A stretch of 64,000 nucleotides of DNA from Candidatus Falkowbacteria bacterium CG10_big_fil_rev_8_21_14_0_10_37_14 (GTDB lineage Bacteria > Patescibacteriota > Patescibacteriia > Patescibacteriales > Patescibacteriaceae), in contig PFAM01000004.1 in the NCBI GenBank assembly GCA_002778705.1, forward strand, positions 20,109 through 84,108. The letters run 5' to 3'. The notes below the pieces were generated by a model. That model was not told the DNA's origin, made no database searches, and was given only the letters and a program-made list of their open reading frames with translations. How positions within the stretch are numbered: the first letter of the stretch is position 1; every line of letters starts with the position of its first letter. A program made the position numbers and the translations under genes. Shown here in pieces: positions 35,120-45,533 of the stretch.

Positions 35120-36307
35120 TTATATCATTTTTGTCTCATCATCATCTTGATTGATGTAGTTGCATATGTAATTAGTTTCAGTTTTACTTTCACCAATATT
35201 TAAATCAAATGACTTAACTTTTTTACCAAAACATCTTGGATACGGAATGTTAACATTATATTTACTAAATAATGTCGATATTAAATCCATATTTTCTTGG
35301 CTAAAATTAAACAGATCAATTTTTTTTAAATACTCATCGTCAGGATTATCTTTTATTGCATTACACCAGACTAGAGCTTCCATAAAGCATCCAAAAGTAA
35401 TTCCTTTAGACAATCTGAACATTTTGTAAGATACAAATCCTAAAACATACTTAAGTTTAGTGCTATACCCATTACCCGCATCTTGCCTAATAACAACGCT
35501 CTCGCATTTATGATATTCTTCTTCAGTAAGGTTTGATGGTTCAGACACGTCAACGACAAGCAGTTTTTTGTGTTCTTTTCTTAATAATTCTATTCTATCA
35601 GCAGATAATCTGATTTGGCTACTATGAGTACATGCAACAACCGCATCAACCTTACCAGCACCTTCAAAAGAATTGGATATTTCAATGTTGTATTTAATTT
35701 TCATTTTTTTCAATCTACTGTGACTTGAACCAACTCCAACAACATTAAAGCCCTTTTCTACTAAATACTTAACCATAAGCTCCCCAAGAAAACCATATGG
35801 CCCAATAACACAAATTCGACTAGAGTCACTCTCTAAACCCGACTTATTAAATGCTCTTAAAGTTTCAGCTAATAGCAAATAAAAAGTACCATTGTCACCA
35901 ATTGTAAATAATATATTTGGGAACATTTCTTTAATTTCTTCTCCATTAACACCGAATAATCGCTTCGTAGATGCTGCTAGCAGTATAACTTTTGCTCCAT
36001 TTTCTTGAGCATGCTCAATCGCAGCAACACACTGTTCTTTGGCTCTTTTGGCGGAATGTGCATGAACTATATCTTCGCTAAGACTGTATATCGCTCTAGT
36101 TCTACCAGAAATGCCATTTAAGTAGTATCTCGGTCCATTAAAATGCCCAAACTCAGGAACATGTTTCCCTAAGAATCTTTTTTTGTCTACTTCATCTCTT
36201 ATATTTGTTATAAATACAACGTCATAGTCTTGACTACCTAAAATTCTTCTTAAGCCTAGTCTCCAGTCTAATAGCGCAGAAAAAAATCTCCAAATAAACC
36301 CTAACAT
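35120..36307 (-). CDS. NAD(P)-binding oxidoreductase resembling long-chain acyl-ACP reductase (AAR-like)
   Basis: Colinear by eye with cyanobacterial AAR as I recall it: AIEHAQENGAKVILLAAST, TIGDNGTFYLL, Rossmann ICVIGPYGFLGELMVKYL, and a Cys-containing TFGCFMEAL (AAR has FACFAEAM). Confidence 0.5.
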   Translation of the reverse strand: MLGFIWRFFSALLDWRLGLRRILGSQDYDVVFITNIRDEVDKKRFLGKHVPEFGHFNGPRYYLNGISGRTRAIYSLSEDIVHAHSAKRAKEQCVAAIEHAQENGAKVILLAASTKRLFGVNGEEIKEMFPNILFTIGDNGTFYLLLAETLRAFNKSGLESDSSRICVIGPYGFLGELMVKYLVEKGFNVVGVGSSHSRLKKMKIKYNIEISNSFEGAGKVDAVVACTHSSQIRLSADRIELLRKEHKKLLVVDVSEPSNLTEEEYHKCESVVIRQDAGNGYSTKLKYVLGFVSYKMFRLSKGITFGCFMEALVWCNAIKDNPDDEYLKKIDLFNFSQENMDLISTLFSKYNVNIPYPRCFGKKVKSFDLNIGESKTETNYICNYINQDDDETKMI

Positions 36308-36503
36308 AACGACCTCCTAATAACTACCATTAACATTCTACACAAAATAGATTCAATTATAGCCTTTGCTTCTTTATACATGACAATCTCCTATAAATTT
36401 ATTTAATTTTAACGAACTATTTCATTAACTATATGCACTATATCACTTTTTCGCCTTTTTGTCAATTGTTTTCAAATTACCCTTATTTTAGCCAAAATAT
36501 TGC

Positions 36504-37217
36504 TTATTTTAACACTGACTGATAATTTTTAAGCATAAATATCGCATCAGTTTTCAGATGATTTCTAATCCAATCCTTCTCTTTTTCACTCTCTACTAAC
36601 TCACCCAAGCCCCTTAATAAATCATTATCATTGATTTGCTCTATAAAACTAATGCAATCGGCTAAATATTCCTTAGTGTTTTTGCCAGTTCTGGCTCGAA
36701 TTATTTCCGCATTGATATCCCAATTATTTTTGGCGAAATAATGGATATCATAAACATCTCGCATGGCAGTTTCGCTTCTTAATGTCAGCGCCGCCAATTT
36801 GCTGGCAAATAGGTAATCCTGTTTAGCCGCAAACATAGAAATACCAAGATATTCTTTTAATTCGTAGTGGTCTTGGATATGCTCGGCTAGTTTTCTAACA
36901 TTAATTTCAACCTTAATATTATGATCAGCATCACCATAAGATAGCAAAGCAAAAACAGTAAACCGTTTAATATATTGATCTTTTATTTGCCCATATTTGC
37001 CTAATACATTAACAATTTTTTCTAAAACTAATTTTTGATTTTCTTCATTTACCACCAATAAATCAAAATCCAAGTCCACTGAAAATCTCGGCAGCTTATA
37101 AAAAAAATAGGCGCAAGTACCGCCCTTGAAGCCTAAAAGCGAGCTAACTGCCACATCCGAATAAAGGTCTTTTAAAATCTGACCCATTATTAATTGATGT
37201 TTTTCTCTATTTAACAT
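36504..37217 (-). CDS. AbiEii/AbiGii-family nucleotidyltransferase toxin (DUF1814)
   Basis: LLGFKGGTCAYFFYKLPRFSVDLDFDL N-terminus. 237 aa. It overlaps its partner gene by 11 nt. Confidence 0.8.
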   Translation of the reverse strand: MLNREKHQLIMGQILKDLYSDVAVSSLLGFKGGTCAYFFYKLPRFSVDLDFDLLVVNEENQKLVLEKIVNVLGKYGQIKDQYIKRFTVFALLSYGDADHNIKVEINVRKLAEHIQDHYELKEYLGISMFAAKQDYLFASKLAALTLRSETAMRDVYDIHYFAKNNWDINAEIIRARTGKNTKEYLADCISFIEQINDNDLLRGLGELVESEKEKDWIRNHLKTDAIFMLKNYQSVLK

Positions 37218-37779
37218 ATTGATTGCGATATTTATTTAAACGTTTAACCATTGCTTGATTATTATAAATTTTTACTAATTCATCGCACTTGTCCCAATTG
37301 ATAGATTTCAAATTATCAAAATAATAGTCGGAAAATAAATAAATCATATCCAAAAAAGCTCTTTCTGGAGTGGCGATACTATAATTATCTCTACTGATAA
37401 TGCCAGCGGAATTGAATAAAACCAAATCTTTTAATTTTCTAAAAGTAAAGGCGCGTCCGTCTATTTTTATAGTTTTAGGCCACTTGGAGGCTACAAAAAC
37501 TGCGTTGTAGTGCTGGAAAATTACGCCAGCCTCTCGTAAAACCGTTTCGAAGCTGATGTAAGACGGGGTATAAAAACTGGCGGCCAATTCTTTTAGATTA
37601 TAATCTTTATTTTTAGCAAAAACGCCTCTGGTTAACTTTATTAAAACTTTTTGCTTGACATAATAAGCGATTTTAGCCTTTAGGTTATTGGCGTTAGTTT
37701 CTTGCCAAATCAAGGCCAAGTCCTTATTAGTGAAAATGGTTTTTGATGATTGATACAATTTTGCAGTTAAATTATCCAT
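37207..37779 (-). CDS. AbiEi-type antitoxin-like protein
   Basis: Its position and overlap with the AbiEii gene. The N-terminal segment IFTNKDLALIW...YYVKQKVLIKLTRGVFA resembles AbiEi. ATG 37779 is the preferred start. Confidence 0.6.
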   Translation of the reverse strand: MDNLTAKLYQSSKTIFTNKDLALIWQETNANNLKAKIAYYVKQKVLIKLTRGVFAKNKDYNLKELAASFYTPSYISFETVLREAGVIFQHYNAVFVASKWPKTIKIDGRAFTFRKLKDLVLFNSAGIISRDNYSIATPERAFLDMIYLFSDYYFDNLKSINWDKCDELVKIYNNQAMVKRLNKYRNQYVK

Positions 37780-37953
37780 ATGTTTGCTGGAAGTAATATA
37801 AAATCTTACTTCCATTATACATTGTTGTGTATAGCGTGTCAACACGCTAAATTTCACAAAACCATAATACTCAAATTAATAAGAATTTAAGTATCGTATT
37901 ACTCAAATTTTTATTAATTTAATTAATATTTTCGCCTTTCTGATCTATTTCAA

Positions 37954-38982
37954 TCAAGCCTTTTTATCAAGCAATTTTTTAACCTCACGATCAAAGTCAG
38001 ATTCCAGTTGACGATCTTGAGCGATTCTATACTTTTCGTATTCTTTTTCTGCCAAAACCAAAGCTACTTCATGGCTGATTTTTCCATTATCTTGCAAGAT
38101 ATCTCTTTCATTAAACTGCAAAAAGGCATCCAACTTTTTTATCCAATCCTCCATATTCATTATAATACCTTTTTGCGCTTGCGTTTCAGCATATTCAAGA
38201 TACATCATTACAACACGATTTAATCCGTCCAGTTCCTTTTCATCAAGATAATTCTTAGCAATACCAACATCCGTTTTACGAACAGCACCTTGAGGCGCGT
38301 TTTTCCAGCTAGTTAAACCGAGATTGCTTTTTTGGCTATCAATTCTATGATAAATAATTTCTGACGCCGTTTGACCACTAATAGCGAAGTGCAATTTGTT
38401 TTGCACTGTAGCGAAAAAAGTTTTGGTTATTTCTGCATTCGGATTATAATCGGCACTACACTGGGCATAGATATCAGTAATTTTTTGATAAAATCTGCGT
38501 TCGCTGGAACGAATATTTCTAATACGCGCCAACTGCTCTTCAAAATAATCTTGGCCAAAAATATTACTTGGATTTTTCAAGCGCTCATCATCCATAGCAA
38601 AACCTTTAATAATATACTCCTTTAGAATTTGCGTGGCCCAAATTCGAAAACGAGTTGCTTGTGCAGAGTTTACACGATAGCCAACGGAAATAATGGCATC
38701 GAGATTATAAAAATTAACATCTCTCTTAACTTGTCTTTCTCCCTCAATTTGAACTTGTGCAATTTTTGCACTTGTTGCTTTTTTGATTAATTCACTTTCA
38801 GAATAAATGTTTTGCAAATGCTTTGTAACAACACTTCTGTCAACGCCAAACAACTCTCCAATCTTAGCCTGTGTTAGCCAAATAGTTTCATTGTGCAAGA
38901 AAATCTCCACTTTCACTTTGCCGTTTGGCGTGGTGTATAGTAGAAATTCTGTAAAGGCATTATGTTTAATAACTTTTTTCAT
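37954..38982 (-). CDS. RhuM-family protein
   Basis: FLLYTTPNGKVKVEIFLHNETIWLTQAKIGELFGVDRSVVTKHL...FYNLDAIISVGYRVNSAQATRFRIWATQILKEYIIKGF...SSERRFYQKITDIYA. Confidence 0.85.
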   Translation of the reverse strand: MKKVIKHNAFTEFLLYTTPNGKVKVEIFLHNETIWLTQAKIGELFGVDRSVVTKHLQNIYSESELIKKATSAKIAQVQIEGERQVKRDVNFYNLDAIISVGYRVNSAQATRFRIWATQILKEYIIKGFAMDDERLKNPSNIFGQDYFEEQLARIRNIRSSERRFYQKITDIYAQCSADYNPNAEITKTFFATVQNKLHFAISGQTASEIIYHRIDSQKSNLGLTSWKNAPQGAVRKTDVGIAKNYLDEKELDGLNRVVMMYLEYAETQAQKGIIMNMEDWIKKLDAFLQFNERDILQDNGKISHEVALVLAEKEYEKYRIAQDRQLESDFDREVKKLLDKKA

Positions 38983-39105
38983 ATTTTTGAGCTAAAAAAT
39001 AATTAAACTCATTATAACATACTAGAACAGAAAACGAAAGAGGTGCAAAATAGGTAACAAAAATCCGCCTATTTAGCGGATTATCTATAACATTTTATCA
39101 TTCTA

Positions 39106-39387
39106 TTAAGCCTCCACAAAGGCGACTTTTAACTCACAATTAAAAGCCTCGGCAATTTTATGCAAAGTTCCGGTGGTTAGATTCTGCTGGCCGGCCTCCA
39201 TACGAGCCACATTACTCTGGGTAGTTCCGATTTTTTCAGCTAAATCAGCTTGCGACATCTTTTTTTTCTTCCGTAATTGCAAAATCTGATAAGCAATTTC
39301 CAATTGCTTACCGAATTCGTCATAAGCCTTTTTGAATTCAGGATCTTTTAGACTTTCGTCTAAATAGACTTGAAAATCATTATTCAT
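39106..39387 (-). CDS. XRE-family helix-turn-helix protein (antitoxin partner of the Gp49-like toxin)
   Basis: MSQADLAEKIGTTQSNVARMEAGQQNLTTGTLHKIAEAF. Its ATG overlaps the end of the upstream toxin frame. Confidence 0.85.
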   Translation of the reverse strand: MNNDFQVYLDESLKDPEFKKAYDEFGKQLEIAYQILQLRKKKKMSQADLAEKIGTTQSNVARMEAGQQNLTTGTLHKIAEAFNCELKVAFVEA

Positions 39388-39752
39388 ATAATTGCGGATT
39401 ATTTATTACATCTTCCATATTTTCTTCAGCTCTTTCAATTTCTCTAATCGGTGTCTTATCGGTTTTCTTTAAAAAAGCATGTAAGAAAACTATAGTTTTT
39501 TTAATAAAAGTAAAATAAAATATTCTATGTCTATTGGTGCTAAAATCTACCCTAAGCTCTCTTATTTTTCCCTTGATGTGTTTTGAATAAGGCTCATCTA
39601 AGTACCCCCTCGCTAAGCCTTAAAAACTCTACATATTTAGCTATTTTAGCCCGATCTTTTGCGTCAAGTTTTTCGAGATATTTAAGAATAGGAACGAACC
39701 CATCGTTCTTTTTATAAAACCTGGCTCGATAGTCGTCCTTATTATATATCAT
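39380..39752 (-). pseudogene. Gp49/HigB-like (RelE/ParE superfamily) toxin gene, frameshifted at a G5 run
   Basis: MIYNKDDYRARFYKKNDGFVPILKYLEKLDAKDRAKIAKYVEFLRLSEGVLR* is followed, in another frame, by (D)EPYSKHIKGKIRELRVDFSTNRHRIFYFTFIKKTIVFLHAFLKKTDKTPIREIERAEENM.... Removing one G from GAGGGGGTA (plus-strand C run 39605-39609) joins the two parts. Confidence 0.75.
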
Positions 39753-39776
39753 AAATGATATATTGTCAAGAGCTGT

Positions 39777-40160
39777 TTATTTCCCTGTTACTTCTCTAAT
39801 CTTCTTAATCAACTCATGAACATCAAAAGGTTTTTCTACCAACCCCTTCACTACTGGCAAGGCCTGAAAATTATTATTAGCTTTTTGAAAATCCTTATCA
39901 TTAATCGGCATCGCGGAGACAATAATTACCGGCACGGTTTTTAAATCGTCATCGGCCGACATAAACTTACAAATATCAAAACCAGATACTTCAGGCATAG
40001 TTAAATCAACTAAAGCCACGTCGTATTTATCCGATTTTAATTTACGCAAACCCTCTTTGCCAGATAAAGCAAAATCGGCAGTAAAATCTTTCTCCAGACT
40101 CAAGACGCTTTTAATCAACCCATTGATGTTGATGTCGTTGTCGATGACTAATACTTTCAT
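39777..40160 (-). CDS. Single-domain response regulator (receiver only)
   Basis: MKVLVIDND..., DVALVDLTMPEVSGFD, PVIIVSAM. Confidence 0.8.
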   Translation of the reverse strand: MKVLVIDNDININGLIKSVLSLEKDFTADFALSGKEGLRKLKSDKYDVALVDLTMPEVSGFDICKFMSADDDLKTVPVIIVSAMPINDKDFQKANNNFQALPVVKGLVEKPFDVHELIKKIREVTGK

Positions 40161-40202
40161 ATAGTTATGCTCCCCGACTTATGCCGAGGATGTTTATTAT
40201 AA

Positions 40203-40490
40203 TTACATTATTTTTCCAGCACGAACTAAACCGTTATCGTCAACATCGGCTGACGACAAAGCCGTTTGCCGTTCGTCATCATCCCAAGGCACGGCCACAT
40301 CGGCTCGCCAACGGTTCACCTGCCCTGTTACTTGTGCTGTCGGCTCTACGCCTGTAACATCCACCTTATTCAATTCATCAATATAATCTAAAACTTTACC
40401 AAGCTCTTTGGCATATTTTGTCGCTTCTTCATCAGTGATTTTTAGCTTGGCCAATTCCGCTACCTGGGAAACCTTTTTGGAATTCAACAT
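40203..40490 (-). CDS. gatC: Glu/Asp-tRNA amidotransferase subunit C
   Basis: 95 aa: VAELAKLKITDEEATKYAKELGKVLDYIDELNKVDVTGVEPT. Confidence 0.85.
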   Translation of the reverse strand: MLNSKKVSQVAELAKLKITDEEATKYAKELGKVLDYIDELNKVDVTGVEPTAQVTGQVNRWRADVAVPWDDDERQTALSSADVDDNGLVRAGKIM

Positions 40491-40516
40491 ACAAAAAGTA
40501 ATTTCAAATTTTTTAT

Positions 40517-40858
40517 TTATAAACTAAACTTCTTTTCATCACAACTTCTAGTTATCTTAGCAAAAATTAATACTCTTTCATGGGTTTCTTGCTAATATTT
40601 ACGACACATTTCAGAACAAGTCGGGTCAGCTTTCGATAACATTTGCAACCAATACTTTGTTTCATTAGCTTCTTTCAAACAAATTTTTATTTTGTGATAA
40701 AAATCTTTTTTACTTTCCGCTTGATTAGCTTCCATATAATTAGCGCCAATGCTCGTAGCTGATCTTATTAATTGAGATACTAACGGCCGACTAATTTCAT
40801 CCTTTTTAACCTTGTGACATAAAGTTATCACACATTCTCCATAATCAGCAACTCTTTT
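40517..40858 (-). pseudogene. Four-helix-bundle protein gene remnant (no ATG, in-frame TAG at a Trp position)
   Basis: KRVADYGECVITLCHKVKKDEISRPLVSQLIRSATSIGANYMEANQAESKKDFYHKIKICLKEANETKYWLQML...CRKY*QETHERVLIFAKIT.... This is colinear with the 31.6-kb copy (CRKLWQEAHELTLIFSSII). The TAG is at 40592-40594. Confidence 0.7.
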
Positions 40859-40872
40859 TTATAAGTTATAGA

Positions 40873-42987
<2,115 letters not shown>

Positions 42988-43089
42988 CTATCTATATTGT
43001 GTAATAAAGGTATTTTAGAATATCTTTGACAAAAAGTCCAATAAAAAACTGCCCAAAAATGGACAGTCGATTAGTAATAAAAAGCTTTA

Positions 43090-43632
43090 CTAGAAGCAAT
43101 ATCGGCCACAACCATCGGCAATATCACCAGTGCCACAATATGGCACACAAAAGAAGACTTCCAACTCCCGATTAGTGCCCTGGAAAGAGCCACGAGAATT
43201 AAGAGTTACTTGATTAGTCATAACTCCTGATGTCGGGAAAAAAAACTTAACACTATATTTAGGTAAATTATCATTGCCAAATAACTTGACAATACTCGCT
43301 GCTTCATTGCCAGCTGCTGGATTTGCATCCTTACACTCTGGTGGTAAATTTGGTATTAAAAAATATTTGGTATCAGGGATTCTACACGTAAATAAATCTT
43401 TATCACTATTACCATGGCCATAAAGCTTAAACTGTAAAGCCGACCACTCTACGCCAGCCTCTGCGGCATAAAAAGCTTTAAGCGAAGCTCCTTCAGCACG
43501 CTGTCTTTGTAAGCCGGAGGTAATAATATCAGTAGCAATCATGGCCATCGCCATCATGCCAAAGAGCAAAAATAGCGTGGTTAGAAGGGCTGAACCGTGG
43601 CGGATGGATAATCTCATATTAAAATTGTTCAA
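43090..43632 (-). CDS. PilX-like minor pilin (module A, position 4)
   Basis: RHGSALLTTLFLLFGMMAMAMIA... and FYAAEAGVE, a PilX_N-type N-terminus. Confidence 0.65.
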   Translation of the reverse strand: MNNFNMRLSIRHGSALLTTLFLLFGMMAMAMIATDIITSGLQRQRAEGASLKAFYAAEAGVEWSALQFKLYGHGNSDKDLFTCRIPDTKYFLIPNLPPECKDANPAAGNEAASIVKLFGNDNLPKYSVKFFFPTSGVMTNQVTLNSRGSFQGTNRELEVFFCVPYCGTGDIADGCGRYCF

Positions 43633-44299
43633 TATTACGCGCGGTCACAAAATTATAATAATCCACTATTGGCGTGTCCCAAAGCTGACTATTTAATTTC
43701 AAATAAAAAGCTACAGACGGCGGTTTACGAGTTCGATCGCCGAGAGCTGTATAATTTATAAAATCGGTCACTTCAAAATTTAATAGCTCTACACCTAAAT
43801 TGATCGGGGTTACCCACGCCTGTCTTAAAGGACGATTAGAATTAGAAGAGTCACAAAGCGAAAGATTATTAGTTATAGGTAAACATCTTTCAACTTTTAA
43901 TCTACTGAGATTATTATTTTGACTATCTGTTTCTAAAAAATAACGAACGCATTCGCCAGAAGAATTAATAAAAACTAAATCGGTATTAGATCCGTTTGTG
44001 TATTGGCAATAATAATTATTATTAAAATTTTGACCAACGCACTTACTGGCTTGATTATCTACAAAACTACCGCAACCGCTATCATCGTAATTTGGCTTAG
44101 CGGTTCTAATTTCTCTAGACATGGATTCAAATAAAAACTCGGCGTGGTCTTGCACGGCCTGTTTATAAACCAATTCACGACTAACCCGTAAAATGCTCAT
44201 AAAAGACTCGATGGCAATTAACATCACTACCGAAAAAACAGCCAACGCAATAGTTAGCTCGATTAAGGTTATGGCTTTAAATTTAATACTTTTGCGCAT
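43619..44299 (-). CDS. Minor pilin, PilW/GspJ-like (module A, position 3)
   Basis: KFKAITLIELTIALAVFSVVMLIAIESF prepilin-type N-terminus. It overlaps both neighbours. Confidence 0.65.
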   Translation of the reverse strand: MRKSIKFKAITLIELTIALAVFSVVMLIAIESFMSILRVSRELVYKQAVQDHAEFLFESMSREIRTAKPNYDDSGCGSFVDNQASKCVGQNFNNNYYCQYTNGSNTDLVFINSSGECVRYFLETDSQNNNLSRLKVERCLPITNNLSLCDSSNSNRPLRQAWVTPINLGVELLNFEVTDFINYTALGDRTRKPPSVAFYLKLNSQLWDTPIVDYYNFVTARNIEQF

Positions 44300-44972
44300 A
44301 ATCGGTTAAAAGAGTGTTTAAAATAAAATATTTATCACTACCTCGCTCATTCCAATAAACAATGGAACGGACTTCTAGCGAATCATCTTCGGCGTTGTTA
44401 GCTGTACTGTTATCTCGATAAGTGGTTTCTATGACGCGATGAAACTTAGTTGGAGTGCAACCCGCCTGCGGTAAAACCAGATTTATGCTATCGGTTGTGC
44501 CGGCTTGGCTATAGTAAAAATTGTTATTTTCGATTTCACACAAATACACCAAGGTTTTTTTATCTTTTACATAATCATTAGTATTTTCAGAGGGCGTAAA
44601 TCCGAAAGTGTCTGAATTTTTATACCAAACAACTATGTTTTGTCTATTGGAGTAGATATCACCAATTTTAATATTTTTATCTAATAAAAACATAGCACTG
44701 GTACCGTCGGTGTGGTCAGAGTCATTGGACAAACTATACGCAAAATCCTTGTTAGCTTGCCAGTTTTCATTACGAAGATAGCGCACCAACTCGATGCCCT
44801 CTTGTGCTACCACTCTAGACAAAAAGCTGTCACGGCTAGCTAAACGGACAACGATAGTCTGCTTAACTAGGGCCATAATACCCATAAAAGCCGTAGTTAC
44901 TATAAAAGTGACTATCAGTATTTCTATCAATGAAAAGGCTTTTAATTTAATCATATTAGCGTTCAACATCAA
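44283..44972 (-). CDS. Minor pilin, PilV/GspI-like (module A, position 2)
   Basis: KAFSLIEILIVTFIVTTAFMGIMAL...AQEGIELVRYLRNEN. Confidence 0.65.
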   Translation of the reverse strand: MMLNANMIKLKAFSLIEILIVTFIVTTAFMGIMALVKQTIVVRLASRDSFLSRVVAQEGIELVRYLRNENWQANKDFAYSLSNDSDHTDGTSAMFLLDKNIKIGDIYSNRQNIVVWYKNSDTFGFTPSENTNDYVKDKKTLVYLCEIENNNFYYSQAGTTDSINLVLPQAGCTPTKFHRVIETTYRDNSTANNAEDDSLEVRSIVYWNERGSDKYFILNTLLTDYAQKY

Positions 44973-45531
44973 TCAAACCGAAAAAGTTAAGGGAGACTAC
45001 TTTTTCAGATTGATTAAAACTATCTTTTAGAGTGATGTGTAAGGTGTCGCAAAAATTGTTAGCTACTGGGACCTCTGTCGTAGTGTTATTATTCCTAGTT
45101 ATTTTTACTAAAGGGTTTGGTGGAGTAAAGCTGATGGCAGCTGAATCTATTTCAACAGGCTCATCTGTACCGATTGTGCAAACAATCTTAGAAATGGTAA
45201 TTTGTTTTGGGAATTGAATAGTTTTATACAATTCGTCTGTTTCATATGTTTCATTAGTGTTTGTATCTACCCATAATTTATATTCGGAGCTATTATTTTT
45301 ATCTATATACAAACCCCAAATATTATTGCCAGCAACATCTTTCCAGGCCTTAGACGAGGCGGCATAGGCTTGCATTAAACGACCGCTACCAGCTAAACTT
45401 TGGGCGGTGTAAATAATTTCTATTCGCTTCGCAGAGTTACGATAGGCCACGGAAGACAAAGTTAAAACCGTTACTATCATACTGACAGTAACCATTAACT
45501 CTAAAAATGTAAAAGCTTTATTATGACGCAT
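44956..45531 (-). CDS. Minor pilin, FimT/GspH-like (module A, position 1)
   Basis: MRHNKAFTFLELMVTVSMIVTVLTLSSVAY. Confidence 0.65.
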   Translation of the reverse strand: MRHNKAFTFLELMVTVSMIVTVLTLSSVAYRNSAKRIEIIYTAQSLAGSGRLMQAYAASSKAWKDVAGNNIWGLYIDKNNSSEYKLWVDTNTNETYETDELYKTIQFPKQITISKIVCTIGTDEPVEIDSAAISFTPPNPLVKITRNNNTTTEVPVANNFCDTLHITLKDSFNQSEKVVSLNFFGLIDVER

Positions 45532-45533
45532 AT

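Noticed and set aside
35044-39776. Direct repeats or att sites bounding the AT-rich island
   Set aside because: Only short AT-rich matches (atatcata-type) occur at the two borders, and these are expected by chance in this composition. No integrase or tRNA is adjacent.
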